A stretch of DNA of 64,000 nt from positions 2,108,001 to 2,172,000 of the forward strand of contig CATNEN010000007.1 of assembly GCA_950097015.1 (NCBI GenBank), given 5' to 3'. The position numbers and the translations under genes are program-made. Source of the DNA: Macrostomum hystrix (taxonomy: Eukaryota; Animalia; Platyhelminthes). The notes under the pieces are model-generated. The model ran no database searches and was not told the DNA's origin. It worked only from the letters and a program-made list of their open reading frames with translations. Of this stretch, positions 43,661 to 57,102 are shown one piece after another. Each line of letters starts with the position of its first letter. The stretch's first letter is position 1.

Positions 43661-45328
43661 ATGTCTCGACTGAGTCAAGTGTTTCCAGACGACACGGAGC
43701 CATCTGAGCAGCAGGTCGCTCAAGCGACACTCGGCATCTTCGAGTTTGCGCGGATGCAGGCACCGAGAAGACAGCGATTTCTCTGGCTCACTGTGGCTGC
43801 TCTTGTGAACTTCTGCATGTACCTCAAAGGCCTGGTAACTTTGCCGCTGTTCTTGACATTGCCAGTGAATCTGAATGTGGAGACGACGCTTCTGCTGATC
43901 TCGACGATATTTTACCTGTACTGCGCTTTGTCGATCTTTGTCGATTCTTTCTACCTTGCGATGGGTAGCTTCGGCAAGATCACCAGCTTCCTGCGAGAGG
44001 CCGACACGCTAGTTGCGAGCAGCGCTGAGCGACCAGCTCTCGCGAGAGCACTGAGAGCTCGAATTGATCAGTTCCGACGAACGTTCAGACGCTTGCTTGT
44101 CATCTTCTCGTTTATTGCGACTGGAAACGGAGCGATGTGCGCCGTCCTAGTGCTGAACAATCCGAACGAGCCGACCTACAAGTTCTGCATTCGGATCAGC
44201 ACCTTGGACTCTGATCGCATGGCAAGTGGTGATCGCGATGTTCTGGATGTTTGAAACCTTTCTGTGGATCTTCGGCTTTTTCATATTCTACTCTTTCGGT
44301 CACCTTCTGATCAGCCTGCTGTCAGGATTCTGCTCCGGCTTGAGCAGTCAGCGAGTCTTCAGGTCTGAGCGGAGACTGCGCAGCCACATACCGTCTCTAC
44401 TACCTGAAGATCATCGAGATCGTGAACCGACTGGACTCCATGCTGCGACACTACATTGGAGTGACTTTAGTGTTCAGTATGGCGGCAGTGATGTTCATTT
44501 TGAATGATCTGCTGGACTTTACTTCAATGTCACTGTTGGCTGGTGATGATTGTCTGGTTTGTTTCGGGAATTGGTTTCCTATGTCTTGTTGCGTGCACCT
44601 GCGGACGAGTCTTTAAGCTGCTAAATTTTTCATATACCTCATTCCTATTATTTATTTTATGTTACGTGCTTTTTAGTAAACTGTTTTGTACTTGTGTACC
44701 TGCATATCGCCTTTTTAGGCCAAGAAGCCGCTGGAGGTGTTGCGTATCCAGGAAGTGACATCAAAAAATTTCAACGAGGTAGGAGCTGAATTGTCTTTTG
44801 AACACTAATACGAGTAGAAACTGTACCCATTAGCTTTGCTGTTTGCATCAGCATTACTACTACTATATTAATATTCATAACTAGTATTTAGTATGTGCTG
44901 CCCACATACCTTAATTAGATATTTTTACATAAGTGAGTATTTTTAATTTGGGACGAACGATAATGACTTTTACAAATCGTACACGACAAACTGCTTGAAT
45001 AGAAATGGTTGCGATTGCTTTCAGCTAATGGTTTTTCTTCACACAGTCTCAAACAATGAAAGCGGATTGACTTGCTCGAACTTCTTTGTAATAGACTATT
45101 CCTTGCTAGTTAGTGTGAGTTATCCTTTGTCTGCATTGTAAAAAATACAAATTTTAGTGCGCGAAACGTAACGAAGGCTGGTCACTTATGTTAACACTTG
45201 ATAACACTCACCCGTTTCAGCTTGCAAGTATGTTCATTACTTATTTCATCCAGATTGTCCGAACCCGGCAGTCACCTGCAACGAAGCATGCAACAGAGTT
45301 CTGCAACTGCAGCCGAGCCTTTTCGTGA
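43661..45328 (+). pseudogene. Gustatory receptor-like (7TMIC/GRL) gene A, pseudogene
   Basis: Exon 1 from 43661 has 50-nt and 5-nt deletions and a premature stop. Exons 44719-44778, 45025-45114 and 45221-45328 are intact (GLTCSNFFVIDYSLL; TYFIQIVR). Confidence 0.8.
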
Positions 45329-45527
45329 GTTTCGATGCCCTGCCAGAAAATGCTCGACGCAGGCATCAAAAAAAGTTTTTATTCCGATCTTTTGAACACC
45401 AATATGTGACGTTGTCACTTACTGCAAGAGCCCCTTTGAAGTTTAAATTTATGTGGTACTGAATTGGGCCGTTTAACAAATGTAATTACGCTGTCACCAA
45501 CTTTGCAATTCCGTATATTTCTTAGAT

Positions 45528-45932
45528 TGTTACTGTAAGTAAACGCCAACGCACATCGCGCTATCCCTAAACTTACCTCGCAGTTGCATTAATGTCAATT
45601 CTCTCAGCCAATGAGCGTGCGTGCTCTGGTTCTCTAGATTATCGATCGCCCTGTTTTTACCGCGGGCTAGCTTATTTAACTAGGCCCCCTGGGCCCGCCC
45701 GTGCCGCAACCGGCCCACCCCTTTTGTCACTGCTCTTGTCCCGGCCACTGTTACTTTCACTGCGACCTACTTACCCACTGTTCAGTGTTTCGTTCTGTCA
45801 TTTCCTGTCTACTGTCATCCGCTGTCTTCTCTATTGCATCGTCATTATTGAGCTCCTGCACCTGACTTTAATTATATTGCTTGTCGTGTGTGTCTCAGTG
45901 ATAATAAATAAAGATAAAGTGCTACTACTACA
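45528..45932 (+). repeat. Probable solo LTR (405 bp)
   Basis: TGT...ACA termini, AATAAA near the 3' end, and flanks TTAGAT / CTAGAT (6-bp TSD with one mismatch). Confidence 0.5.
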
Positions 45933-45989
45933 CTAGATTACGCGATCTCTGGACTCTAATTGGAATATTAAACTTCCGCCTGACTCTGT

Positions 45990-46210
45990 CTGGCGTTCAT
46001 TTCGTCACAAATATTTTCTCGCAATCGGTTTTTATGAGGTAAAAGCGTACGACGCTTTGTATCCTCGTATGAATTCATAGAGAAAGTGGCAGGCACTGTT
46101 CGGAATTTCGAAAGCTTAACAACCGAGGACAAGATGCTGTAAATAATGACACAGGAAAGCACGAAAAAATCAGAGACTGGTGGGCTTCATAGAAAAATGC
46201 TGTAAAAGAA
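45990..46210 (+). mobile_element. Possible degenerate LINE 3' end
   Basis: Translates in part as ...FESLTTEDKML*IM..., resembling L2/Crack-type ORF2 C-termini. Heavily decayed. Confidence 0.3.
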
Positions 46211-47369
46211 CTGAGGTTCAGTTTACATCTTGGTTTTAAACTCACCATAAAAAGATTTCGAGTTGTTTTATTTTAAGCTTAGTATTTTGCTAGATTTTTC
46301 GCACTTTTATATGTACGAGCGTAATTCTTTTACTTCTGTCGCCAATTATATGAGATTATCGATTTAACCATTTGCTTGTTTAACGTAAAATAAACGACAC
46401 AATCAGCACCCAAACCTACCTACTGCACATTCTAATGCAAAAATAGTTATTAATGCAAGCGCTGCATGTTCTGAATGTTTGACAGCGCTATAGAAAATCT
46501 GTCTAAGTTCAAAAGCTACAAAACCTTTATCTGATTACTTGATTAGAAGTTTTAGATTTTTCGAAAGTCGACGATCGTGAAGATTTTATGTTTGGTTTAT
46601 CTCTACATAATTTGTCTGTCTAATGATTATTTTTTCAACTGAGGATAGTCGACCTCATGAGCCTCTCAATGCTCTCATCAATTGTGAATTGTGGATGCCC
46701 GAGTTTGCGACACATTTATTGCACTTTTTACCTAATTTTAATCGTCAATGCTAGAAGTTAGGCACTAGGAGCGATTATGAGCGTCAAGCAAAGGTGGTGA
46801 ATTCAGTGTAAATGTGGTCACAAAAATCACCTGCAAACAGAAGTTTGGTGCTATATAAAGTTGCAACTCCAAAAACAAATATGTGCGGATGAGCAGATTG
46901 CTTTCAGAAAAGCAGCCTAGCTAAAAGCTGTGTTGGTAAAACGACAGTTGACAGTCACTGTGGACCAGTCAATTAGGATAATTGCTAAAGCTGCAGAGTT
47001 CTGCCAATTATCTATGCCTTCGCAAACATATGCAAACACATCTCTAGGCTCAGATTAGGATCCGATAAGTCATTCTGCAACCTACTGTATACGATGCCAT
47101 GGAAACGGATGTTGACTAAATGAAGGCCAAAGACTCGAACGAAGGCGATAATGGTGGACTGGGAAGAGTAGCGAAAAACTCAGTGAGCACATATGGAGTG
47201 ACAGAGATCAACTGCAAATCGAGAGACGGTTCTTTGTCTGGCAATAAATTTAAGAGACTAAAAAAGTAGTTAAAATAATAAATAGAAGATGTCTCGACAG
47301 GATGGTGAATTCGAGCCTTTAATTTCCAGTTACTGCCCAAGCTACTTTTAGCATCTTCGAGTTCCTCTG

Positions 47370-48529
47370 CCTGCAGGCACCGAACAAGCAGCGCTTATGG
47401 ATTTCTCTGGCTGCTCTGGTGAACTAGTGGTGGTGCCCTTGTTTCTTAAATTGCCAGTGAATTTAGGCGTGGAAACGACGCCCTTGATTTCTTTATATTA
47501 TTTTCTTTTGGCCTCCTACTTATCAACCTGCTGTCTGGGTTCTGCTCCGGCTTGAGCAGTGAAGTCAGCGAGTCTTCAGGTCTGAGCGGAGACTGCGCAG
47601 CCACATACCGTCTCTACTACCTGAAGATCATCGAGATCGTGAACCGATTGGACTCCATGCCGCGACACTACATTGGAGTGACTTTAGTGTTCATTATGAC
47701 GGCAGTGCAGATGTTCATTTTGAATGCACTGCTGGACTTTGCTTGAATGTCACTGTTGGCTGCGATGGTGATGATCTTCTGGTTTGTGTCGGGCATTGCT
47801 CTCTTGTGCTTCCTAGTATACATCTGCGGCCGCCTCAGCAACCTGGTCTGAATTTTCCTATTTGCATGAAACTTTATCCGAAGCTTAGCTTGAGAAAAGC
47901 TGACATGGGCAATCAGCTTTTTTGACACTTTGCATATCGGAAATACTATTCTGGTAATGTTGCGTTGGTAAAAATCATTTTAGACCAAGAAGCCTCTCGA
48001 AGTACTGCACATTCAGGATGTCAGTTCCAGCAATTTTAAGCAGGTGAGTTGGTGTTAGCTGACCATTTGAGCACGCATTCGAAATCCACCTTAAACTACG
48101 AGCCCTCAAACGATGTCAATGTGATATGATTTTGAGTAGGTTCAACAGCAGGCGTGATCAGTCATTCAAACAAATGCATGTTTTTTCATTTTAGCTGATG
48201 GTATTTCTTCACTCTGTTTCCAACAAACAAAGTGGACTGACCTGCTTCAGCTTGTTTGTTGTTGACTATTCGCTACTTATCAGTGTGAGTCCCTGGACAC
48301 TAATACTGGACACACTACAGGACACTGGACACACTACAGGACACTGGACACAACTGTAACGAGATAACCATTTACTACTCTGGTTTTCACACCACACGCA
48401 CCCGAACTGGATATATTTCAGCTGGCAGGCTCGTTTCTTACCTACTTTATCCTGATCATCCAGACCAGACAGACGACTTTACCAGACAGTATGTCATCTG
48501 CCTACAATTGCAGCCAGGTGCCTCAGTAG
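47370..48529 (+). pseudogene. GRL gene B, pseudogene
   Basis: Exon 1 is reduced to fragments by large deletions. Exons 47984-48043, 48195-48284 and 48422-48529 are intact (TYFILIIQT). Confidence 0.78.
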
Positions 48530-49726
48530 AATTCATGAAGTTCAGCACAATAACTACGTGGCATCCATTTTCAAAACTTTTCGCAGCATCAATGTGTCGC
48601 AAAAAAATAATAAAACACAGACCAGTTTTTTATGAGTGCCTTTCCTAAAATTGCATCCGAAACATTGTCTTTACGTCGTGTCATTGTGAGGCTCCACAGT
48701 TTTATGTAGATTTTTTTATGTCACGCGTATCGTATTAACGCAAATGATAATCTAGATACTTCCGCATAGAAGTACGCCTTTAAAATGTTTCTTATTTGAT
48801 AATAATCATTCTGTTACATGAGAGAGACATAATGGTTGATCCTCAGGCCAACATGGGAATGAAGAATGAAAGAATAAAAACGTGCTCGGTGAAATCTTAG
48901 ATATTCTGATAAATGTGCCTCTTAAAAGTTGAAGCACTATTCTTTGATTCATTGACTGCTAGCTTTTAGAATAGTTTGTTATTGGACGGCACCCGAGACT
49001 TTTGTCGTTTGCTTTGCCTTTAAGGATTTTAGAGCGTTTAATTGTAAGATATTGCTTATACTCGTAGTATAACAAAAGCCACTAAAGAGGAGATAGAACT
49101 GCCCTTTTAAGGCTATTGCTTTCGCAGACGACAAAAAACGAAAAAATTATAACAAAATATTATTAAAAAATAACTGGAGTCCTGTCTTGATGATTGAAAG
49201 CGGAACCTGATTTCTACTCTTAATAGGATGTAGCCATTCTGTGAAATTGGAATTGTCATAACAATGGCAGATAATTTTAGATTTGCACTTCAGTTTGCGG
49301 CACGCAAAAAACTTGTGAAGTGAAGCACGGCAGAACTTCTCACCTGAGTGGCTCTTCATTCATTTCCATAATTTCCATTACTCCGAACAGTCAATCAGGA
49401 CGACTGAGGTAGTATGCTAAATACACAGCAACCGCGATAATGAACTCAACTGTGCTTTGGTCAAAACCATTATTACGAGGTTATGTTTGCACTGAAAGTT
49501 CTATGGATTCAACTGTCACAGACAGTCACCATGGATTCCATACAATCAAGCATTAAATTCTGGAAGCTCTCTGAAGTAAAACTGCGAATAAAAGGGGATT
49601 GCACTTGACATCTCTCACACATAGTGAATTCTAACTGAGCTCAGTGACAACCTAACATTACAGAACCACAGAATACATCGGGTGCAGCCTCCACTTCAGT
49701 TCCGCTGCCAGTTTGAGTTTGTCAGC

Positions 49727-52154
49727 ATGTCGCAACTGAATCAGGTCTCTCCAGGAGACACGGAGCCATCTGAGCTGCAGGTCGGTTCTGCTCAAGCGAC
49801 CCTAAGCATCTTCGAGTTCGTGTGGCTGCAGGTACCCAGCAAGCAGCGATTCCTTTGGCTCGCTGTGGCAGCTCTTGTGAATTTTTGCATCTACCTGGAG
49901 GGTCTGGTAATCTTGCCGCTGTTCCTGACAATACCCATTAATTTGAATGCCGATTCGACTCTTATGATCTTGTCATCGCTGTTTTATCTCTACTGCGGCT
50001 TCATTTATTCGGTCTACCTGTTGCTGGGTAGCTCCGGCAAGATCACCAGCTTCCTGCGAGAGGTCGACACGCTTGTTGCGAGCAGCGCTGAGCGACCAGC
50101 TCTCGCGAGAGCACTGAGAGCTCGACTTGATCAGTTCCGACGAACGTTCAGACGCTTGCTTGTCATCGTCTCGTTGATTGCGACTGGAAACGGAGCGATG
50201 TGCGCCATTTTAGTGATTACCAATCCAGATGATCCACCCTATAAGTTCAGTGTCCGAATCGCCACCATGGGAACCTGGAGTCGTACTGAGCCTCTGCCAT
50301 CGCTTACATCGGCACCTTGGACTCTGATCGCCTGGCAGGTGTTTATTGCTGTCTCTTGGGCGTTCGAAACATTCCTGTGGGCTTTCGGCTTCTTTATATT
50401 CTTTGCTTTCGTTCTTCTAATGACTTATGTGCTGTCAGGATTCTGCTCCGGCTTGAGCAGTGAAGTCAGCGAGTCTTCAGGTCTGAGTGGAGACAGTGCA
50501 GCCGCATACCGTCTCTACTACCTGAAGATCATCGAGATCGTGAACCGACTGGACTCCATGCTGCGACACTACGTGGGAGTTACTTTGATGTTCATTTTGG
50601 CAGCTGTCATGTTCATTTTGAATGCGCTGCTCGACTTCAAATCGATGTCATTGCTGTCAGCTCTTGTGCAAGTTTTCTTGTTTGTGTCCGGCATCGTTCT
50701 TCTGTGTTTACTTGTATATATTTCAGGACGCATCTACAACCAGGTTTGCAGACCGGACAATTGTATTAAGCAAATTTCCTTTGATTATATTTTGCTCCAG
50801 TTATTTCACTGCGTATTTTTCAGGCAAAGGAGCCACTTGAGATCCTCCATAGGCAGGAAATTACACATAAAAATTTCAACGAGGTATGACATATCGAGAT
50901 AAAAGCGCGCTTGCTTGACTGATGCATATTTGCAGCAAAGCTACTTTAGTAGAAGGGGTGGGTTTCAATTATTCTTTAGAAAGCTCAAGATATTTATTTA
51001 TTACTACGCGTTGTTTTCAGTAATATAATCATCGTATTACTGCAGTAGCATGTATAATATTATTTTTAACCACTGTCTTAATCTCATCAATGGGGTACAG
51101 TTTTTACGCGGGCGGTTGACCTCAAGCAGTCAATCCACCAGTAGTCTTAGGGGTCGGTGACAGTGGTTATCACGTTTGTCTCTCGCACCACGGTCCCTAA
51201 GTTCGATTCCACGGCGAGGCCACATTTATTTGAGGCGCAGCCGCGGTGAGAAGGCTCGAGGGCTTGTCATGCAATTCGCGTCCTTGAGGGTCAATATCCA
51301 AGGCACAGTGAAGTGTACACTGCGTGACGATGAAAAAGGGCAGATGTACACACCTGTGTGAGCGTGTGCCTGCGTATATTATCTGTGTGCGTGTGTGCTC
51401 AGGAGTCAGCGAAATGGGCGAAATACCCTCCTCGCTGGCATCGGGTCTTGTGTCACCAAATGATGTGCCATTGGACGCAGCCCTCCTGCAAATTTTATTA
51501 TTATTATTTTTACTATTAACCAGTAGTCGTTGATCTTTTCTAGAATAGATCAATGCATGCATTTTAAGTCTTACTGGCTGGCCATTGGCTGTTATTGATC
51601 AAATTAAATTCCAGAATACGCTTATAAAGAGTATAGTAAAGTTAAACTTTAAGTGTTAGAGCTTTTAGGTTTGGGTAGCGCGTTCAAAGGCTTTAAACTT
51701 TTTACAAAGTAGTATAAAGTGAATTTACTGCTTTCTGAACTACAGTCGGGTGCTTCTCAAGTGTAGCAGCCTAAAGCGCCATTCTTATGCGACGCAAGTC
51801 GATGTCTAGTGAATGGAAGTAGCGCATTGTATTCTATGTCGGAAAGTAAAATATTACGTTTTAATTCTTCAGCCCAATGTCTTTCAGATGGTGATATTCC
51901 TTCACGCCGTTGCTAACAATGAGAGTGGCATTACCTGTGCGAATTTCTTTACCATAGACTATTCTCTGCTCGTCAGCGTAAGTGTTCTCATCTTGCTGAT
52001 CCAAGTAAGGGTGAACAACTTAAAACAGCACTTTTCCAATGCTAACTTTCAGCTGGCCAGCCTATTCATGACCTACTTCATCCTGATTGTCCAGACCAGG
52101 CAGACTGCATCAGCAGAGGGCACGCCTGCTGCGTGCAATTGCAGCAGGACGTGA
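49727..52154 (+). CDS. GRL gene C (intact, 422 aa)
   Basis: Exons 49727-50743, 50824-50883, 51888-51977 and 52053-52154, with three phase-0 introns. Multiple hydrophobic segments; GITCANFFTIDYSLL followed by TYFILIVQ, the GR-superfamily TM7 signature. Confidence 0.85.
51147..51518 (+). mobile_element. SINE family A, full length, in GRL-C intron 2
   Basis: B-box GTTCGATTCC, AT-rich tail, and 10-bp TSD ACCAGTAGTC (51137-51146 / 51519-51528). Confidence 0.88.
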
Positions 52155-52985
52155 TCGACCGCATCGCGAGTTAAGTCGACACAACCGGGACTTAAATAGC
52201 AACTAAACGCTGTGTACTCTTTTCTAATCTTCTTTTCTAATCTTTGCGGGCCCTATTCTTGTTTTTCGTGAATTCATTAGTTTTTTACAGAAGGATAGTT
52301 GGAATTCATAATAATTGGAAACTCATGATCTGTTGGAAGCTGCCAGTCTCAGGCTAATTTTAGTAAACCTGAAGTGTGACCGATCAGATCACAGAAGTTT
52401 AAGTCTTTGTCCCAATTGCGATAAAATGGATAAGAAATTGAATTATTTTTGCCAACAAACAGTGGGTTTCCTATCCGTTTGTTACGTTTCCTTTTACTGT
52501 TGATTCGCAGTTGATTTGTTCGCACTGTTTTTGTAGAAGCTTTTAATGAACAATATCTCGTCTACCTGTCGTATTTTCTGTATTGCATTATTATCATGGC
52601 ACCAGCAGCCCAAATTCGATTCCAATTAGCATCCCAATTCAATTTAGTCAGTCTGGCCGGTGATGAGTTCTCATCGAAACCATCTCGATAAAACGTGAAT
52701 GCAACGCTTAACATACACATCCAGCAGCAGTCATGGCAGCGAATAGATGGTAGCAGGAACTCCAATGTGGCGTGAGCTGTTTGCTTAGCAAATTACTGCT
52801 CACATATTGGTTGGGACGGCAAATTGCCAGAGATGGAAGCTGTTTACAGACTGAGTGAAGGGTTGAGCTACTGCGATAAAAAACGGGAGTATTGTTGAAA
52901 TAAAAGCTACACGAGCAGCGGCTGATCAAACTGCGCACTGAAACACTGTCGAGAAAGAGCGTGCGAACAGCGTTTGCTGGTTAAC

Positions 52986-54526
52986 ATGGCGCGAACTCGA
53001 ATTGAAGCCAGTTCGCAACGCCAGGGTGACGAAGCTCCAACTGCACCTGGCGTATCGTTGGAGAAAATTCTGGGCACCTTCTTCAGGCAGGCCAGCAACT
53101 TTGGCGTGCTGCCTGGCATGCAAAAACCTGGCATGAGGCGTGTCATTATGTTAGCTCTCACAGTGATAGTTAATCTTCTCATCTACGCAGAGGCAATATG
53201 CACCGCAGTAATGTTTCTGCGTCTGCCAATCAAATTGAATGCCGACACTACTTCGCTAATCGTATCAATCTTTTTTCATTTCTACTGCGCGTCTATCTAC
53301 TCTAATTTTATATGGCTCAGCTGCTCTGGCAAGCTCACGAGTTTCGTGCGCGATGTGGACACAATCTGGACCGCCTCCAGAGCTTGGCCGCCGCTCGAGG
53401 CTGCCCTGCTGAAATACTTTACACAGTACAAGCAGCTCCTTCGCAAACTTTGTGTCGTATTTTTGATCTGCTCAACGCTAAATTCTAGTTTGAGTGTAGC
53501 GCTGATCTTGATGGCGCAGAACCAAGCACCGTTCAAGTTTAACGTCCGCTTGGTCATGCTGGGAGCGTCTGGAACGGACCCACTTCCGCCCATCAGCCGG
53601 GCTCCGTGGAGTCAGGTCGTTGGTCAGGTCGTTGCTGCTGCTTGGTGGATCTTCAAATCGCTCACCTGGAACTTCGGGTTTCTATTGTTCTTTTCTCTTA
53701 CATTTATCATATTCTATCTACAAAAAAGTTTTAACTCTGGCCTGGCCGGGCAGATACGAGAGTCGGATGGACTCCACGCCAGCACAGCTGCAGCCTTCCG
53801 TTTGTTCTATTTAAAAACTGCGGCTGCTGTTGAAAATGTGGATTGCATTGTACGATTGTACGTAGGCGCCACATTTTTGTTTAGTTTGGTGGCCATTATG
53901 TTTAACATCAACGCGCTGCTGGACATGACCAGTTTGGACTGGCTGGTCATCTTCATCCTGCTTCTATGGATATCTTCTAGCTTCGTGCTTCTTGGCCTGC
54001 CGGTGGTCATTTCCGGGCGTGTTCTTAGTCAGGTAAGACTATTTAAAGACTTTTCCTGCGCAATGTCTAATCCTTTCCAGAAAAGGGTATTTGACATGCA
54101 TTTCTCTGTAGGCCAAGAAGCCCTTGGAGGTACTACAGAGTCAGGAGGTCACGCAGAAGAACTTTAACGAAGTAAGAGCTGGCTGATGCGTTCTCAATTG
54201 CGCCATTCAAACAATAGATTTTTTCGTTAATAACGATCCTATCCGTGCGATTTCAGCTAGTTGTATTTCTACAGACGGTAGACAGTAACAGTAGCGGGAT
54301 TACCTGTGCGGGCTTGTTCGTCATGGACTACTCACTTATTCCAAGTGTATGTCACTCTGAAATAATCGGCGCTCATATTTCCATTGTCTTAAAATAATCC
54401 AGATTCACAATTTTCTTTCAGCTGGCCGGGTTGCTGTTGTCCTACTTTATTCTCATTGTGCAGACGCGATCAAGTACTGATACTGGGTGCGCCGTCGACA
54501 GCGGGAGAAACAGCACTCAAACTTGA
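52986..54526 (+). CDS. GRL gene D (intact, 433 aa)
   Basis: Exons 52986-54032, 54112-54171, 54257-54346 and 54422-54526, all phase 0. GITCAGLFVMDYSLI; SYFILIVQ. Confidence 0.85.
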
Positions 54527-55257
54527 CCTGTACGAGCGATTACATTAAACTTTGTGTCAAAAAAAATAATAAATAAAACTCGAAGAAACGTATTTCTTAT
54601 TATTGATCATGTATAACTCCAGCAGTTATAGTTATCTGTGATCACAAAAATTATCTGAGTATATCTGGTTCTACTCCATTTTGCATACTTTGAAAATAAA
54701 TTAAGCAATTTAAGGCCACAAAACAACTACGGCGTTTATTAAGATGTACAATTTTTCTAATGGTTAAACAGTCATGCTTTAAAAGAAATGCGACGCTATT
54801 GAGCAGGTCAAAATATTGAAAATGGCTTTTTCAGTCGATTCAAACCTTCAACCCGTAGCGTTGCCACGAAATCGCACCCGTTCAGACGGGGCGCAATGCT
54901 TACTCACCTTGACTCGCTAATGGTGACATTCCACTCCACGTAGCGGAATGATCCCTGAACCCCGAGCATTAATGGTTGTCAGAATGTGATCCTGGACCGC
55001 ATCCTGGTTGTGTAGTGCGAGTACGTGTAGGATTACGTTTGCTTTATTTTTTATTCTGATATTCAAGATGTCAATTAGCAAACTGCTAGTCCATTATCCG
55101 GACCACTTGTGCGACGGCTTCCGTATCTTAAAATCCCACAATTAAGCCAGCATTTCATGATCACGGCTGTCACGTGTGAGCCTCGCATCTACCAGTATTA
55201 AAGCAGGCAGGCCCAAAAGCGAGAGGATCTTATCGAATTCCAGCAGCCTCCTAAGCC

Positions 55258-56671
55258 ATGGATGGGCCATGCACAGTGCAGGAAACGTTTTCTATCGCCA
55301 TTAAGCTGCTCAGCTACACTGGGTTGCTGCCTGGTCTGCAGCGTCCGGGACCGAGGCGCGCCTTGTGCTTCATAGCTGCCATCGCCTTCAATCTGTGCCT
55401 CTACCTGGAGGGGTTTGCCCTGATTCCGTTGTTCTTGAAGTTCCCAGCCAGCCTCAGCACGGACACTGTCCTGCTGGTGACGACTGCAGTTTTACATCTC
55501 TACTGCGCTTTCGTAAACTCTTTGTTCATTCAAATAAGCTACTCGAACGAGCTCTGCACTTTCCTGCACGCTGCGGACTCAGTGGTGGCGGCCGCAGATG
55601 CGCTGAATCCGTTAGCCGATGCCATGGTGACTCGCCTGGCCCGATTCCGGTGCCAGTTCTGGTTGCTCTTTGCCGCGTTCTCGTTCGGCACAGTCGGAAA
55701 CGGCTGCATGTGTGCCGCGCTGCACCTTGTGGCGCAGAATCAGCCGCCGTTCTCCTACGGAGTTCGGGTACGGCAGTTCGAATCAGTGCGACGAGCTGAG
55801 CCCCTGCCAACAATTAGCGAAGCGCCATGGTTGCAGGTGTTCTGCCTGGTAGCGGCAAGTATCGAATGGATTTATGAATCCTTCATCTGGTATCCGGCCT
55901 GTTTATTGTTCTTCTCCTCGCTGCTAATACTCATTCACCTACTGTCAGCTTTCAACTCTGGCCTGGCTACACAGATATGCCCTGATCCTAACGTGTCAGT
56001 TGAGATGGTGGCCGCCTACCGACTGTTCTACTTGAAGCTCATCGAGCTACTGAAGACCGCAGATGCTTCGCCTCTACGTTGGCGCAACGTTTCTGTTCTG
56101 CCTACTGGCAATCATGCTCATAACTAACGCTCTGCTGGATGTTGAAAAGCTGTCCACCCTGATCACAGTGATCTTGCTGTTCTGGGTCTTCGCAAGTTCT
56201 ATGCTGCTCTGCATGCCTGTTTTGGGCACTGGCACTATTCTAAATCTGGTGAGTTCATGTGGCCGTTAAATGTCTCTTGTTTATTTCCACATAATCTAAA
56301 GGCGCGTGAGAACACTGCTAGGGCAACCCGACTTCTGTCTTGGGTCCTTTTGTCCTAAAAGTCGCCATGACTGAATCAAGAAAACATAATAAAGTACGAG
56401 TATATATATTACGATTGCTTGTGCGAGGGTGTATTTAGTTGCATTATGTCCCATTGCATTACAGACAAAGAAGCCTCTAGACATTCTGCACAAGCAGCAA
56501 GTTAACGATAAGAACTTCGCCGAGGTAATTTTGTTTTGGGCAGCCCGCGCAAGGCGAGCTCAATATTTTGACCTACGATAAGTGACCTACTTTGTGCTGC
56601 TGGTGCAAACTCAGCAGGGCCCATCGCTGTCGTGCCAGTGCGACAGAAACTGCAGCTGGCGGTCTGCCTGA
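55258..56671 (+). pseudogene. GRL gene E, probable pseudogene
   Basis: Frameshift at ~56062 in exon 1 (donor at 56248); exon 2 at 56465-56524; exon 3 absent; exon-4 remnant TYFVLLVQT...RNCSWRSA*. Confidence 0.78.
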
Positions 56672-57102
56672 CTTAATTTGTCCGGAGACTAACGACACAT
56701 TGGCACACTCTGGTACATTTTAGAAACCTGTGACCAAGGTTAAAAGAAACTCCTGACGACATACTGACAGATCTAAGCACACGCAAAGCCATCGGTTTCC
56801 TGTCTGTATATCATATGTAATTAATGATTGTTAATCACCATGTTGACACTGATAATAAATTGCTAGACTGAATAGCAGTTGTGTGCTTCTACGCCGTACA
56901 AGCACCCCTCGGCTTACATGATGGACGCCTGTTCATGCGCTGCGACATAGAGAATATATATTTTAAAAAGGCGAGCTTGACAAAGAGAAAAATACAGAGA
57001 AACAGATCCGCGTTAGAAATAGACGCGCTTTTTAGATAAGAAAAAAAGTCTTGTCTCCGTAACGAAATTCCGACCTGGTCTGGTCCATGCATCAAAGCCG
57101 CT

